Below are positions 23,067 through 35,086 of a stretch of DNA of 64,000 bases, piece after piece. How positions within the stretch are numbered: position 1 is the first letter of the stretch; every line of letters begins with the position of its first letter. A model generated the notes under the pieces. That model did no database searches, had not been told where the DNA came from, and was given only the letters and a program-made list of their open reading frames with translations. The position numbers were made by a program, and so were the translations under genes. The DNA comes from Vicinamibacterales bacterium. Lineage in GTDB: Bacteria > Acidobacteriota > Vicinamibacteria > Vicinamibacterales > UBA8438. The stretch is from NCBI GenBank assembly GCA_963662835.3, contig CAXXVU020000002.1:3361327-3425326 (forward strand), read 5' to 3'.

Positions 23067-23111
23067 TGGTGAGCCGCCAGGGACTCGAACCCCGAACCCG
23101 CAGATTAAGAG
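23067..23111 (-). pseudogene. Partial tRNA-Lys (3' 45 nt), a direct repeat of the 3' part of the intact tRNA-Lys at 26156-26231
   Basis: I find a 45/45 identity to 26156-26200 by direct comparison. The sequences diverge exactly in the anticodon loop. Confidence 0.85.
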
Positions 23112-23706
23112 AACAAAATCACGCTGTCCAGTGGTGTGCGCTGGCGTCCAGAACGGCCTGTTTCTTGAGGGAATCGGCACCTTTCGCTTCCAGGGGTGTC
23201 CAGAGATCGCACGGGCGTCCGCTCCGTAGGGTGTCACTTAGGGTGTCAAATCTCGGAGGGCGTGCCCGCCGGCATGTGCATTCGATGTACATGTAGCAGT
23301 CCGTTACCGGTCGAAAGCGAACTGAGCACGGGCTCGCCATCGTCCGCACGGACCCCTGCGAAGGCGCTCCCCGACTCCGAGTGGTGGATTCCGCACCGAA
23401 CTCCAACTTCACCGACACTGCCCAAGGCCGATTGCCTGCACGTGTTCCGAGCTCAGTAGCCGGTCTCGAAGGCGCGGTCGTCGGGCGTGACCACCGGCTC
23501 GAAGATGTGTTCCACGTTGCTGTGCAGGCGCGCTGCCAGCTCCTTGCGGTCGCTTGGGTGACTGCGTGAGGACTGAAGCGCACGACGACCTTCGAAGCGC
23601 TTCAACTCGAAGAGCCGCTGGGCGTGGGCGAAGAGGGGAGCGTCGCCCCACCAGCACACCGACAAACGTGCCGGCGGCTCTCGGGGCTTGTGACTACAAT
23701 GGCGAG

Positions 23707-23964
23707 ATGAAGAATGAGCCCCTCGCGGGCTGGAGCCCCGAGCAGATCGCCGCGGGCCAGCGGTGGGTTCAGGCCTGGAAGGAGGCCGGACCCCGGCTCG
23801 AGCAGGTACGTCGCGAGGAGCTGCGGCGTCTCGACCCGCAACGCGCGATCGCCCTGTTGTGCGGCGAGGCGGACTACACCAGACCCCCGCGTGCTCCGCG
23901 GCCGACGTCGGGCCTGATCGAGCAGCAGCGCTGGTTCATGCGGGCGGCATCCCGCCGTGCTTGA
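23707..23964 (+). CDS. Hypothetical 85-aa protein, translationally coupled to the downstream nucleotidyltransferase
   Basis: ATG at 23707. It overlaps the next GTG start (23957) by 8 nt. It has no His, so it is not a HEPN RxxxxH partner. Confidence 0.45.
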   Translation: MKNEPLAGWSPEQIAAGQRWVQAWKEAGPRLEQVRREELRRLDPQRAIALLCGEADYTRPPRAPRPTSGLIEQQRWFMRAASRRA

Positions 23965-24523
23965 GCTGATCCGGGTCGCGGCCGGTCTGCAGGACTTCTG
24001 TGAAGCCCGGGATTGGCGCTTCTGCTTCATCGGCGGTCTGGCCCTGCAGCGCTGGGGCGAGCCTCGGGAGACCATCGACGTCGATGTGACGCTGCTCACC
24101 GGGTTCGGTGGCGAGGAGCCGTTCATCGCGCCGCTGCTCGACCGATACGCGGGCCGGATCGACGATGCCGCGGGCTTCGCGCGCACGAACCGCGTGTTGT
24201 TGCTCCGCTCCACGTCCGGCGTCGGCATCGACGTCGCGCTCGGCGGGCTGCCCTTCGAGGAGCTGGTGGTCGCACGCGCCACCCCGTTCACGTTCCCCGG
24301 TGACGTTCCGCTGCTCACGTGCTCGGCCGAGGATCTTATCGTTCTGAAGGCGTTCGCTGCGCGTGGGCGGGATTGGGTCGACGTGGAAGGCATCATCGTC
24401 CGGCAGGCTGGCGCTCTCGACTGGGCGTACATCGACGAGCACCTGAGCCCGCTCGCCGCGCTGAAGGAAGCCCCCGAGATCCTGACCGAGCTGGCGAAAC
24501 GGCGTGCCGAGTTCGAGCGGTGA
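23957..24523 (+). CDS. Nucleotidyltransferase-domain protein (MNT/pol-beta superfamily)
   Basis: FIGGLALQRWGEPRETIDVDVTL is the GGx(n)DxD motif. A second acidic motif follows (GIDVAL). Length is 188 aa. Confidence 0.65.
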   Translation: MLELIRVAAGLQDFCEARDWRFCFIGGLALQRWGEPRETIDVDVTLLTGFGGEEPFIAPLLDRYAGRIDDAAGFARTNRVLLLRSTSGVGIDVALGGLPFEELVVARATPFTFPGDVPLLTCSAEDLIVLKAFAARGRDWVDVEGIIVRQAGALDWAYIDEHLSPLAALKEAPEILTELAKRRAEFER

Positions 24524-25182
24524 TCCTCAGCGCGGGCCTCGAGAGCCGGCTCCGCCGCTCCTGCGAGGTGCTCGAGGGTCTTCCACCTTGGGCGAATGAA
24601 TGACGCCGGGGCCTGACGGGTGAGCTGCTACCGTGGATTGGCACCGAAGCACGCCCCGCGGTCGGGCATTTCCCAGCGCGGCGGCGTCACGAGGTTGTCC
24701 GCACCGAGCCGTCCGCGGCGGGCGGTGAGCCAGCGGCGCAGACGCGAGCGCCGCCGCCGGCTGGACGCTGATGGCGTCGCGTGCGGCGCGCCGGGCGAAG
24801 AAGTCCGTGGTGACTACGACGAGCGTTTCGTCCGGGCCGATCGGTGCTCTCGCCGGCCGGACGATCTCCCGCTCCCGCCGGTCTCCTTCGCAGGCCATCC
24901 GCACGCGGATACTCGACAGGCTCGGGATGCCTCGCAGGCTGCGGGCCAGCTCGCGCGTCAAGTCGCGATCCAGGGCCCGCTGCACCTGCGCCCCGGTCAT
25001 CACCAGCTCCGATGAACCCGTTGCGGGTGTTCACCGCGCGGTCAACCGGAATCGGCATGGCGACCGGCGTGCTCGTCGGGATCGCGTTCGGGCAGCTCCT
25101 CGGTGCGGCGTGGGGCTTGGCTGTCCTGAACGGGCTGGCCGCCGGTGCTGCCACCCGCACTGTGGAGTATGGGAGGGACATC

Positions 25183-25935
25183 TTGCCGAGTTCAGTTCGC
25201 GCCTTCTTCGCGCTCGGGTTGGTCGTTGCCGGATCGACGCTTGCGACGGCACGCGCTGTGCAGGCTCAGCCGTCCGAAGCCACGCTCCGCGGTGCAGTCG
25301 CCAGAGCTACGCACCGGGCCGGAGAGGACGTTCGGGCGATACGGCGATTCGATCTCACCCTCGCCGATGCGGTCGAGCGCGCCTTCGAACGCAACCGTCA
25401 GGTCGCTGTCCAGCGCATCAGTCCGCTCGTGCGGGACATGCAGGTCGCCACTGCCAACGCGGCGTTTCTGCCGCTGGCCTCGTCCTCAACCAGGCCACCC
25501 AACCCAGCCGTTCGCTGCTCGACGGCGGGGGGCTCGGCGGCGCATCCATCGTCACGGACCAGGGCAGCTACGACGTGGGCGTCAGCCAGCGGGTAAGGTG
25601 GGGTGGCGGTCGATACGACGTGACCTGGAACAGCAGCCGCCTGGAATCGACCAACACCTTCACGAACTTCAACCCGAGCCTCGCCGCGACCGCGAGCCTC
25701 ACGTACACGCAGCCGTTGCTGCGGGGCTTCCGGACCGACAATGAGCGGACGCAACTGGTCGTTTCCCGAATCGACCGCGACATCTCCGACATCGACCTCG
25801 AGGAGACCATCGTCAACACACTCGCCGACGTCCGGCTGGCGTACTGGGAGCTGGTCCATGCGCGCGCGGCCGTCGAGGTACAGCGACAGTCGTTGGAGTT
25901 GGCCGAGCGACTCGTGCGTGACAATCGCGTGCGTG
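25183..25935 (+). pseudogene. TolC-family outer-membrane efflux protein, N-terminal half only, frameshifted
   Basis: A signal-like start ...FFALGLVVAGSTLATARAVQAQ is followed by LTLADAVERAFERNRQV. After a frame change near 25460-25500 it reads ...YDVGVSQRVRWGGGRYDVTWNSSR...YTQPLLRGFRTDNERTQL...RLAYWELV. It is then truncated and followed by a degenerate ABC 'QLSGG' relic. Confidence 0.55.
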
Positions 25936-26155
25936 TTTCAAGGTTCGCAAGGTCGCCCAGCTCTGCCGGGATGCACCTGCCGAGTCAGCTCTCCGGGGGC
26001 CCCCGCGGGCGATTGCGCGGTTGCGCGGTACCCCAGCGGTCCGCCTCGATCGGCGCGAACTCGTGTTGCGCAACGCGGCCGCCCTGACGGATCCGCCGCG
26101 GTATCGCGCCCGGGAGATCCAGCCGCTGACGCCCGAGAATTCCTTTAGGAAAAGG

Positions 26156-26231
26156 TGGTGAGCCGCCAGGGACTCGAACCCCGAACCCGCAGATTAAGAG
26201 TCTGCTGCTCTGCCAGTTGAGCTAGCGGCCC
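26156..26231 (-). tRNA. tRNA-Lys (anticodon CTT), CCA encoded
   Basis: The reverse complement GGGCCGCTAGCTCAACTGGCAGAGCAGCAGACTCTTAATCTGCGGGTTCGGGGTTCGAGTCCCTGGCGGCTCACCA folds as a cloverleaf. The anticodon loop is CTCTTAA. Confidence 0.9.
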
Positions 26232-26588
26232 ACACCGTTTGGAATCAACAGTTTACACGGTTTCCCGGAAGTGCTGCCAGACCGCTGCTGCCAGCCGGAC
26301 CGACGTCGGAACTCGACAGCGGTGCCGTTCGCCACGGCGCACGGACGGTGCAGTGACCGGCTGCCCGGCACGCACCCCGCCCCGCGTCGGCGCTGCCTCT
26401 CGGCCTGCATCACGCAGCATCTCAAGATCCTAGCACGCCGCCACCCGGGTCTCCGTGCCCTCTCGGAGACAAGTGGACGTCGCCGACCGAGTCCCGACGC
26501 GCAAGGTCCGGCTGGTTCCGGCGCGTCGCCGATCGTCGATCCAGGCTAATACTTGACTCAGTCCAGAATGCGTGATTGACTCTGCGCG

Positions 26589-29266
<2,678 letters not shown>

Positions 29267-29422
29267 TCTCGGCGGCGACGAGCCCGTCGCGAAACGCCGC
29301 TCGACGCAGCGGGCCTTTCGCCGGGGGTTTTCGCGCCCGGACGGAAACACTGTCGCCAGGAGCACCGCTTTCCGGTAGAGTCCAGGGAAGAGTCAACTCC
29401 GCCTGACCGGAGGGGGGAACGC

Positions 29423-29893
29423 ATGAAGACGACAGTAGTGGCGATCGCCGTGCTCGGCCTGTCCATGGCGTTCGGCGCGGAGCCGGCGGCCGGGCAGGCG
29501 CAGTGGATGTCGATGGACGTCCAGGGCGGGGGCAAGCAGTTCCAGCTCAACAACGACGACGGGTCCGCGATCGTGCTTCTGTGCCTGGTCAACGGGCAGG
29601 CTGTCGCGTTCCAGTTCCCCGAGTCGATCGAGTCGACGGATCGGGCCACCGTGCGGGGTACGCCCGGGGGGCGGGAGAACGTTCAGGTCGCGCCGGTCAG
29701 CGAGCAGTTGCTGCAGGTCGTTGGCGCCCGCGGGCGCGACTTCACGCTGGATCTGCTGCAGACTGCCTCGCGACTCTCCGTCCGGGCGGGCGGACAGGAC
29801 GCAGAATTCGAGGTCTTCGGGAGCGAGTCGACCGTCAGGGAGTGCATCGAGCTGCAGGAGTCCCTGATCGGGGATCCGCGGCGGCAATTCTGA
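29423..29893 (+). CDS. Small secreted protein, paralogue 1 of 3 (unknown family)
   Basis: An SD-like GGAGGGGGG precedes the start. The signal peptide is ...AFGAEPAAGQAQW. Shared motifs are GGGKQFQL, VRGTPGGRENV, FEVFGS and C-terminal EC.ELQ. Confidence 0.6.
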   Translation: MKTTVVAIAVLGLSMAFGAEPAAGQAQWMSMDVQGGGKQFQLNNDDGSAIVLLCLVNGQAVAFQFPESIESTDRATVRGTPGGRENVQVAPVSEQLLQVVGARGRDFTLDLLQTASRLSVRAGGQDAEFEVFGSESTVRECIELQESLIGDPRRQF

Positions 29894-29903
29894 GGAGAGG
29901 ACG

Positions 29904-30419
29904 ATGAGGCCAGCCATGGCGGCGCTGGCGGCGTTCGGCGTCCTCGCGGCGGCCGGTGCGGCGCCGGCCGCCGGACAACAGGATCGGTGGGAGGTGCGCG
30001 ACCTCACGGGCGGGGGCAAGGAGTTTCAGCTCCTCAACGGCGAGGGGGCTGCGATCATCCTCGCCTGCCGCCTGCAGGGGATGGGCGCCGGGTTCGAGTT
30101 CGTCGAGCCGATCGAGTCGACGAAACGCGCCGTGGTGCGCGGCATTCCCGGCGCGCGGGAGAACGTGGCGGTGGAGCCGGTGAGCCCGTATACGATCCAG
30201 GTCGCCGGGGGCCGCAGCCTCGACTTCACGCTGGCGATGCTGCGCAGCGCCTCGAGCCTCTACGTGCGCGCCTCCGGGGAGGCGGTGACGTTCAGGGTCT
30301 TCGGCAGCGCCACGATTGTGGAGCAGTGCCTGGAGCAGATGGAGGACCGGGCGGCGGGCATGAGCCGCGACACGGAGATGCCGGCGCTCGTGACGTTCGG
30401 GAACAGGGATCCGCAATGA
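29904..30419 (+). CDS. Small secreted protein, paralogue 2 of 3
   Basis: The signal peptide is ...AAAGAAPAAGQQDRW. Shared motifs are GGGKEFQL, VRGIPGARENV, FRVFGS and QCLEQ. It lies 10 nt after paralogue 1. Confidence 0.6.
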   Translation: MRPAMAALAAFGVLAAAGAAPAAGQQDRWEVRDLTGGGKEFQLLNGEGAAIILACRLQGMGAGFEFVEPIESTKRAVVRGIPGARENVAVEPVSPYTIQVAGGRSLDFTLAMLRSASSLYVRASGEAVTFRVFGSATIVEQCLEQMEDRAAGMSRDTEMPALVTFGNRDPQ

Positions 30420-30871
30420 CGATGAAGAGCATGGTTGCGGCGTGCGTGCTGCTCGGCGCGCTCGTGCTGCTCGGCGCGGCGCCGGCCGCCGGACAGGCGC
30501 AGTGGAACGTGACCGACGTCGAGGGTGGGAAGGAGTTTCGGCTCTTTCACGAAACGGGCGCCGCGATTCTCCTGCAGTGCCTGACCCGGGGCACCGGCGC
30601 GGCCATCCAGCTCGCCGAGCCGGTCGCGGCCCGGCGGCTCACGATGCGCGGCGTTCCCGGCGAGCGGCGCAACATCGCGGTCCGGGTGCAGGCCGGGGGG
30701 TATTTCCTCGGCATCGCCAGCGGCAGCGGCCGCGATTTCCTGTTTCGGATGCTGCGCAACGCCGCGAGCCTGTCCGTGCGCGTGGCCGAACAGGAGCTGT
30801 CCTTCGAGGTGTTCGGGAGCGACCAGATCGTCAGCCAGTGCCTGCAACAGCAGGAGGGCGCGCCCGAGTAA
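30416..30871 (+). CDS. Small secreted protein, paralogue 3 of 3
   Basis: ATGA overlap with paralogue 2. The signal peptide is ...LLGAAPAAGQAQW. Shared motifs are GGKEFRL, MRGVPGERRNI, FEVFGS and QCLQQQ. Confidence 0.6.
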   Translation: MTMKSMVAACVLLGALVLLGAAPAAGQAQWNVTDVEGGKEFRLFHETGAAILLQCLTRGTGAAIQLAEPVAARRLTMRGVPGERRNIAVRVQAGGYFLGIASGSGRDFLFRMLRNAASLSVRVAEQELSFEVFGSDQIVSQCLQQQEGAPE

Positions 30872-31006
30872 CGGCCCTCCGCCCTGTCGGGAGCTGTTGT
30901 TCGCAACAGCAGGAGGGCGCGCCCGAGTAACGGCCCTCCGCCCTGTCGGGAGCTGTTGTTCGCAACAGCAGGAGGGCGCACCCGAGTAACCGCCCTCCGC
31001 CCTGTC
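30844..31006 (+). repeat. 59-bp tandem repeat, 2.8 copies, starting in the last codons of paralogue 3
   Basis: Units start at 30844, 30903 and 30962. Each contains ...CAACAGCAGGAGGGCGCGCCCGAGTAA (QQQEGAPE*) plus a hairpin (caacagc...gctgttg and ggagggc...gccctcc). Confidence 0.9.
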
Positions 31007-31007
31007 T

Positions 31008-31307
31008 TCACGCCGAGGAATCGAGGCGTGTCCGGATCGCCCAGATGACCGCGACGCCGATCCCCAGGGTGATCGCGTGGGGCCACAGGTCCACCAGCGT
31101 CACCCCCATCAGGACGGCAGCCACGGGCACGCCGCTCTGCATGGTAATGGGAGTGCCGTCCGCCAGCACGGGCTCGCCGGCCAGGGTTCTGGAGATCACG
31201 TAGAAGGCGATGCAGGCGATGACCATGGTGGCGGCGTGCGGCGCCGATTCCACCAGCGTCAGCGCGAATGCGACGGCCGCCGCGAGCCCCGCTCTCTGCC
31301 ACGTCAT
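31008..31307 (-). CDS. Small membrane protein (99 aa, ~3 hydrophobic segments)
   Basis: MTWQRAGLAAAVAFALTLV...MVIACIAFYVI...VAAVLMGVTLV...LGIGVAVIWAI. The 433-aa ORF in the track looks composite. This call uses only its hydrophobic C-terminal part. Confidence 0.4.
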   Translation of the reverse strand: MTWQRAGLAAAVAFALTLVESAPHAATMVIACIAFYVISRTLAGEPVLADGTPITMQSGVPVAAVLMGVTLVDLWPHAITLGIGVAVIWAIRTRLDSSA

Positions 31308-31399
31308 GTTCAACCCCTCCCCGGCGTGTGGGCGGTAGCCGGTTGCATGCTCCAGTTCCCGGTTGCATGCACCATTTCCCGGCTGCAAGAGTATAGCCT

Positions 31400-32011
31400 T
31401 CAAGAGCCGCCGGCGAGGCGAATCCGGGGCCCGAGCACCGCGAGCCCGGCCGCCGCGGCCCACTTGTGGTCCCGGCGCCACGGTGTCCCCGCCTCCCGGC
31501 CGAACCGGGCGATGATCGCGTCGACCTCGGCGGCGTCGACGCCCAGCGCCGCGGCTGCCAGCGCCGCCGGGTCGGTCTTGCGGGGGTACCTCCGAACCTC
31601 CAGGCCATGCTCTGCGGCGGCTGCGGCCAGGGCCTCGCGATAGAGCATGCCGTCGGCGGCAAGGGTCAGGGGACGCGAGCGCAGCACTTCCGGCAGCGCG
31701 TCGGGCAGGCGGTCGTACGGACTCGCGGGCAGGATCAGCACCTCGGCGGGGTAACTCGCCAGCAGCGCCGCGATCGCCGCGCTCGCCTGCTCCGCCACCG
31801 ATCGCCGCACCCGGTTCACGAGCTCGGCCGCCGCTCCGATGTCCAGCTCCAGGGCCTCGTGGTGATAGGGCGCGGACGGGAGGCCTTTGCCGATGAGCGC
31901 GACGCGCCGCCGGTCGAGGAAGACGGGCGCGGCGTCCGCCACCGCCAGGGTGACCAGCTCGGCGCGCGCGTAGTGGTCGGAGGCTCCGATGACGGTTTCG
32001 GCGGCGCGCAT
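31400..32011 (-). CDS. Hypothetical protein (~203 aa)
   Basis: It starts at the internal ATG ([22 protein letters not shown]...). The composition is plausible, but I recognise no family. Confidence 0.4.
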   Translation of the reverse strand: MRAAETVIGASDHYARAELVTLAVADAAPVFLDRRRVALIGKGLPSAPYHHEALELDIGAAAELVNRVRRSVAEQASAAIAALLASYPAEVLILPASPYDRLPDALPEVLRSRPLTLAADGMLYREALAAAAAEHGLEVRRYPRKTDPAALAAAALGVDAAEVDAIIARFGREAGTPWRRDHKWAAAAGLAVLGPRIRLAGGS

Positions 32012-32190
32012 CGGCCGCCTCGGCGCCGGCGACGGTCGTGACGCAGACGGCGTCGACCCGGACGATCGGCAGGTCATGGCGCGTATGGTACGCGGTTCCG
32101 GGGCCGCCTTCGACGCGCGCGCCCGGCCCGCGACCTATAATCGCGGACCATGCGGGCGGCCGGCGAGGCTGTCCGAAGGGAGACGCGCCG

Positions 32191-34413
32191 ATGCCGAGAC
32201 AGACACGGGCGGGACTAGGCGGCGGATGCAGCGACGGTCGGGCGTCGCGGAGGACACGATCACTCGCCGGCGTCGCGAGCCTGGCCGCCGCCGGGCTGGT
32301 ACTCGGCATCGCCGCACCGGCCGGGGCCCAGCCCGCGGAGGGCGGCGCGTTCCTCGACGCGCAGGCCGCAAGCGGACGGACGGCCTACGGCCGCTCCTGC
32401 GCCTCCTGCCACGGAACGACGCTGCGGGGCGCGGTGCACGGGCCGGATCTGACCGGTCCGGGCTTTCTGGGCAACTGGGGATCGCAGACCGCGGCGGCGC
32501 TGTACGAGTACGTGCGGGCCGAGATGCCGCCGGGGCTCGGCGGATCGCTCCCGAGCGAAGCCTACCTGAGCATCGTCGCCTACCTGCTGCAGGTGAACGG
32601 CCATGCGGCGGGACCGCAGGCGCTCACCGCGGACGCCTTGGACGTCGTCGGCGAGCCCGGCGCCGCTCCGGCAGGGGGCGCCCCCGCCGGGGCGGATGCA
32701 TCCGACGCGGCGTCGGCGGACGAGCCCCGCGACGTGGACGCGGTGCCGGCCCGCCGCGCGTTCGTCAACCGCGAGGTCTCCGGCTTGACCCCGGTCACCG
32801 ACGAGCTGCTGCGGAATCCACCCGCGGCGGACTGGCTGACCTGGCGGCGCACCCGCGACAATCAGGGCTACACGCCGCTGGACCGGATCGGGCCCGACAA
32901 CGTGGCCGGCCTGCGCCTGGCCTGGGCGCTGGCGATGCCCGAGGGCACCAACCAGACCGCGCCGCTCGTCCACGACGGCGTGATGTTCCTGGCGAGCCCC
33001 GGCAACGTCGTCCAGGCCCTCGACGCGGCCACCGGCGAGCTGTTCTGGGAGCACCGGCACCAGGTTCCCGAGGACGCGGAGAGCAGGCGCGCGACCCGCA
33101 GCATCGCCCTCTACCGGGACAAGGTCTACCTGGCCACCTACGACGCGGCCATCGTCGCCCTCGACGCGCGGACGGGCGAGCCGGTCTGGCAGACCACGCG
33201 GGCCGACTACCGGAAGGGCTTCGCCCAGACGGGCGGGCCGAGCATCGCGAACGGCGTCGTCGTCAGCGGCATCAATGGCTGCGAGCGCTTCGAGGACGAA
33301 GGCTGCTTCATCACCGGCCACGACCCCGACACCGGCGAGGAGCTCTGGCGCACCTCGACCATCGCCCAGCCCGGCGACGTCAACAGCGGGACCTGGGGCG
33401 ACATCCCGCCGCACCTGCGCGGCGGCGGCGACACCTGGATTCCGGGCGCCTACGATCCGGACCTCGACCTCTTCTACATCGGCACCGCCCAGGCGAAGCC
33501 GTGGGTGGCGGCGAGCCGCGGGATGTCGACCTACAACGACGCCCTCTACACCAACTCGACGCTTGCCCTGAACCCGCGCACGGGGCAGGTCGCCTGGTAC
33601 TTCCAGCACGTGCCGGGCGAGACGCTCGACCTGGACATCGTCTTCGAGCGGGTGCTGGTCGACGTCGACGATCACAAGTGGCTGTTCACGGCCGGCAAGG
33701 ACGCCATCCTCTGGAAGCTCGACCGGCGCACGGGGGCCTTCGTCGACCTGGCCGAGATGCTGCACCAGGACATCTTCGAGTCGATCGACCGCGAGACGGG
33801 GCGCGTGCGCTACCGGCAGGACATTCGCGACGCCGGTGTCGACGACGCGGTGGATGCCTGCCCCAGCCTGTACGGCGGCCACAACTGGCAGGCGTCGGGC
33901 TACAGCCCCGAGGCGCAGGTGATCATCTATCCGCTGCACCAGGCGTGCATGACGCTGACCGGCCGCCACGTCGAGCTGGTGGAGGGGGGCGGCGGTCTCG
34001 GGGTCTCGGCCATCGAGCTGCACGAGATGCCGGGCACGAACGGCATGCTCGGCCGCCTGGCCGCGTACGACGTGCGCACGATGGAGGAGGTCTGGAGCCG
34101 CGAGCAGCGCGCCATCTTCCTGACGTCGGTCCTGACGACGGCCACCGGGCTGGCCTTCGTCGGAGACGTCGACCGCTACTTCCGTGCGCTCGACGTCGGC
34201 ACCGGCGAGGTCCTCTGGGAGACGCGCCTCGGCCAGTCCGGTCACGGGTTCCCGATCTCGTACGCGGCGGGCGGCAGGCAGTACGTCGCGGTCCCGACCG
34301 GCGCCGGCATCTTCCGCGGCCTCAGCGGGGTGCTCAGCCCGGACATCTACCAGCCCCCGTCCGGGAACGGGCTCTACGTCTTCGCCCTCCCGGAACAGGA
34401 GCCGGCGCGGTAG
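32191..34413 (+). CDS. Quinoprotein (PQQ-dependent) dehydrogenase with an N-terminal cytochrome c domain
   Basis: GAAGGGAG lies upstream of the ATG. A Tat/Sec-like signal is followed by the CASCH haem motif. Then come PQQ beta-propeller repeats (...[31 protein letters not shown]...). Confidence 0.8.
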   Translation: MPRQTRAGLGGGCSDGRASRRTRSLAGVASLAAAGLVLGIAAPAGAQPAEGGAFLDAQAASGRTAYGRSCASCHGTTLRGAVHGPDLTGPGFLGNWGSQTAAALYEYVRAEMPPGLGGSLPSEAYLSIVAYLLQVNGHAAGPQALTADALDVVGEPGAAPAGGAPAGADASDAASADEPRDVDAVPARRAFVNREVSGLTPVTDELLRNPPAADWLTWRRTRDNQGYTPLDRIGPDNVAGLRLAWALAMPEGTNQTAPLVHDGVMFLASPGNVVQALDAATGELFWEHRHQVPEDAESRRATRSIALYRDKVYLATYDAAIVALDARTGEPVWQTTRADYRKGFAQTGGPSIANGVVVSGINGCERFEDEGCFITGHDPDTGEELWRTSTIAQPGDVNSGTWGDIPPHLRGGGDTWIPGAYDPDLDLFYIGTAQAKPWVAASRGMSTYNDALYTNSTLALNPRTGQVAWYFQHVPGETLDLDIVFERVLVDVDDHKWLFTAGKDAILWKLDRRTGAFVDLAEMLHQDIFESIDRETGRVRYRQDIRDAGVDDAVDACPSLYGGHNWQASGYSPEAQVIIYPLHQACMTLTGRHVELVEGGGGLGVSAIELHEMPGTNGMLGRLAAYDVRTMEEVWSREQRAIFLTSVLTTATGLAFVGDVDRYFRALDVGTGEVLWETRLGQSGHGFPISYAAGGRQYVAVPTGAGIFRGLSGVLSPDIYQPPSGNGLYVFALPEQEPAR

Positions 34414-34471
34414 AGCGGCGCGCTCTCCTGTGGCGCTCGATCCTCGATCTCGAGGGCTGGGCGCCAACCTG

Positions 34472-34631
34472 GCAGCCCGTGGCGAAAGTCCCCGCTGCAT
34501 TCGAGCGGCGATGCATCCCGCCTGACTGCGTTGTTCGTCGGTTACATATGCCCAATATGCGCCCTTCTCACGCCTTGCCAGACGGGCGCCTCGTCGCTCT
34601 CGGTGCCACGCGGGGTTCCACCACGGGCTGC
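34472..34631 (+). mobile_element. 160-bp MITE-like element, copy 2
   Basis: By eye it differs from copy 1 at 2 positions. Its last base is the first base of the reverse-strand stop codon of the MerC-like gene. Confidence 0.8.
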
Positions 34632-35086
34632 TAGCGACCGCGGCGCGAGCGACCTGCCCTGACGACCGGAGGGCGGCCGTCGTCAGCGTCCTTGATCCGC
34701 GGCTCCTCGTTGGCGCATGCCGGGCACGCACCGGCCTGGCAGAGACGGGCGCTCTGCACGAGAGCGCCTGCGAGGGTCAGGCTGCCGGCGGCGGACGTCG
34801 CGGTCTCGGGCAGTGGCTCGAGCCAACCGGCGAGGGAGGCTGCCCAGAGCGCGGCTCCTCCTGCAAGCGTGAGGACCACGGCTGCGTTCCTGCAGGCCGG
34901 GCCCAGGGCGAGCATCACCGCGCCGCCAAGGACGGTCCCGGCCCAAACGGCTCGCTCGACGCCCTCGGAGAGCGCGAGCGCGGGAGCCGCCACGACCAGG
35001 AACGGTGTGAGCGCGCAGTGCAGGCCGCACCAGGCCGCGGCGCATGCCGTCAGTCGCGATCCGGAAGCCAGGTATGCGCTCGACAC
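34631..35086 (-). CDS. MerC-like small membrane protein
   Basis: The GTG start overlaps the upstream stop by 1 nt. ...AAAWCGLHCALTPFLV... resembles the MerC-family C..HC...P motif. There are 3-4 hydrophobic segments and a C-terminal CQAGACPAC motif. Confidence 0.5.
   Translation of the reverse strand: MSSAYLASGSRLTACAAAWCGLHCALTPFLVVAAPALALSEGVERAVWAGTVLGGAVMLALGPACRNAAVVLTLAGGAALWAASLAGWLEPLPETATSAAGSLTLAGALVQSARLCQAGACPACANEEPRIKDADDGRPPVVRAGRSRRGR

Noticed and set aside
24527-25181. Minus-strand ORFs (158-164 aa) and a small 2-TM + strand ORF (from 25012) between the NTase gene and the TolC-like pseudogene.
   Set aside because: No recognisable family was found. The frames appear shifted relative to each other and the composition is partly shadow-like. 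I left the region unannotated as unresolved island debris.
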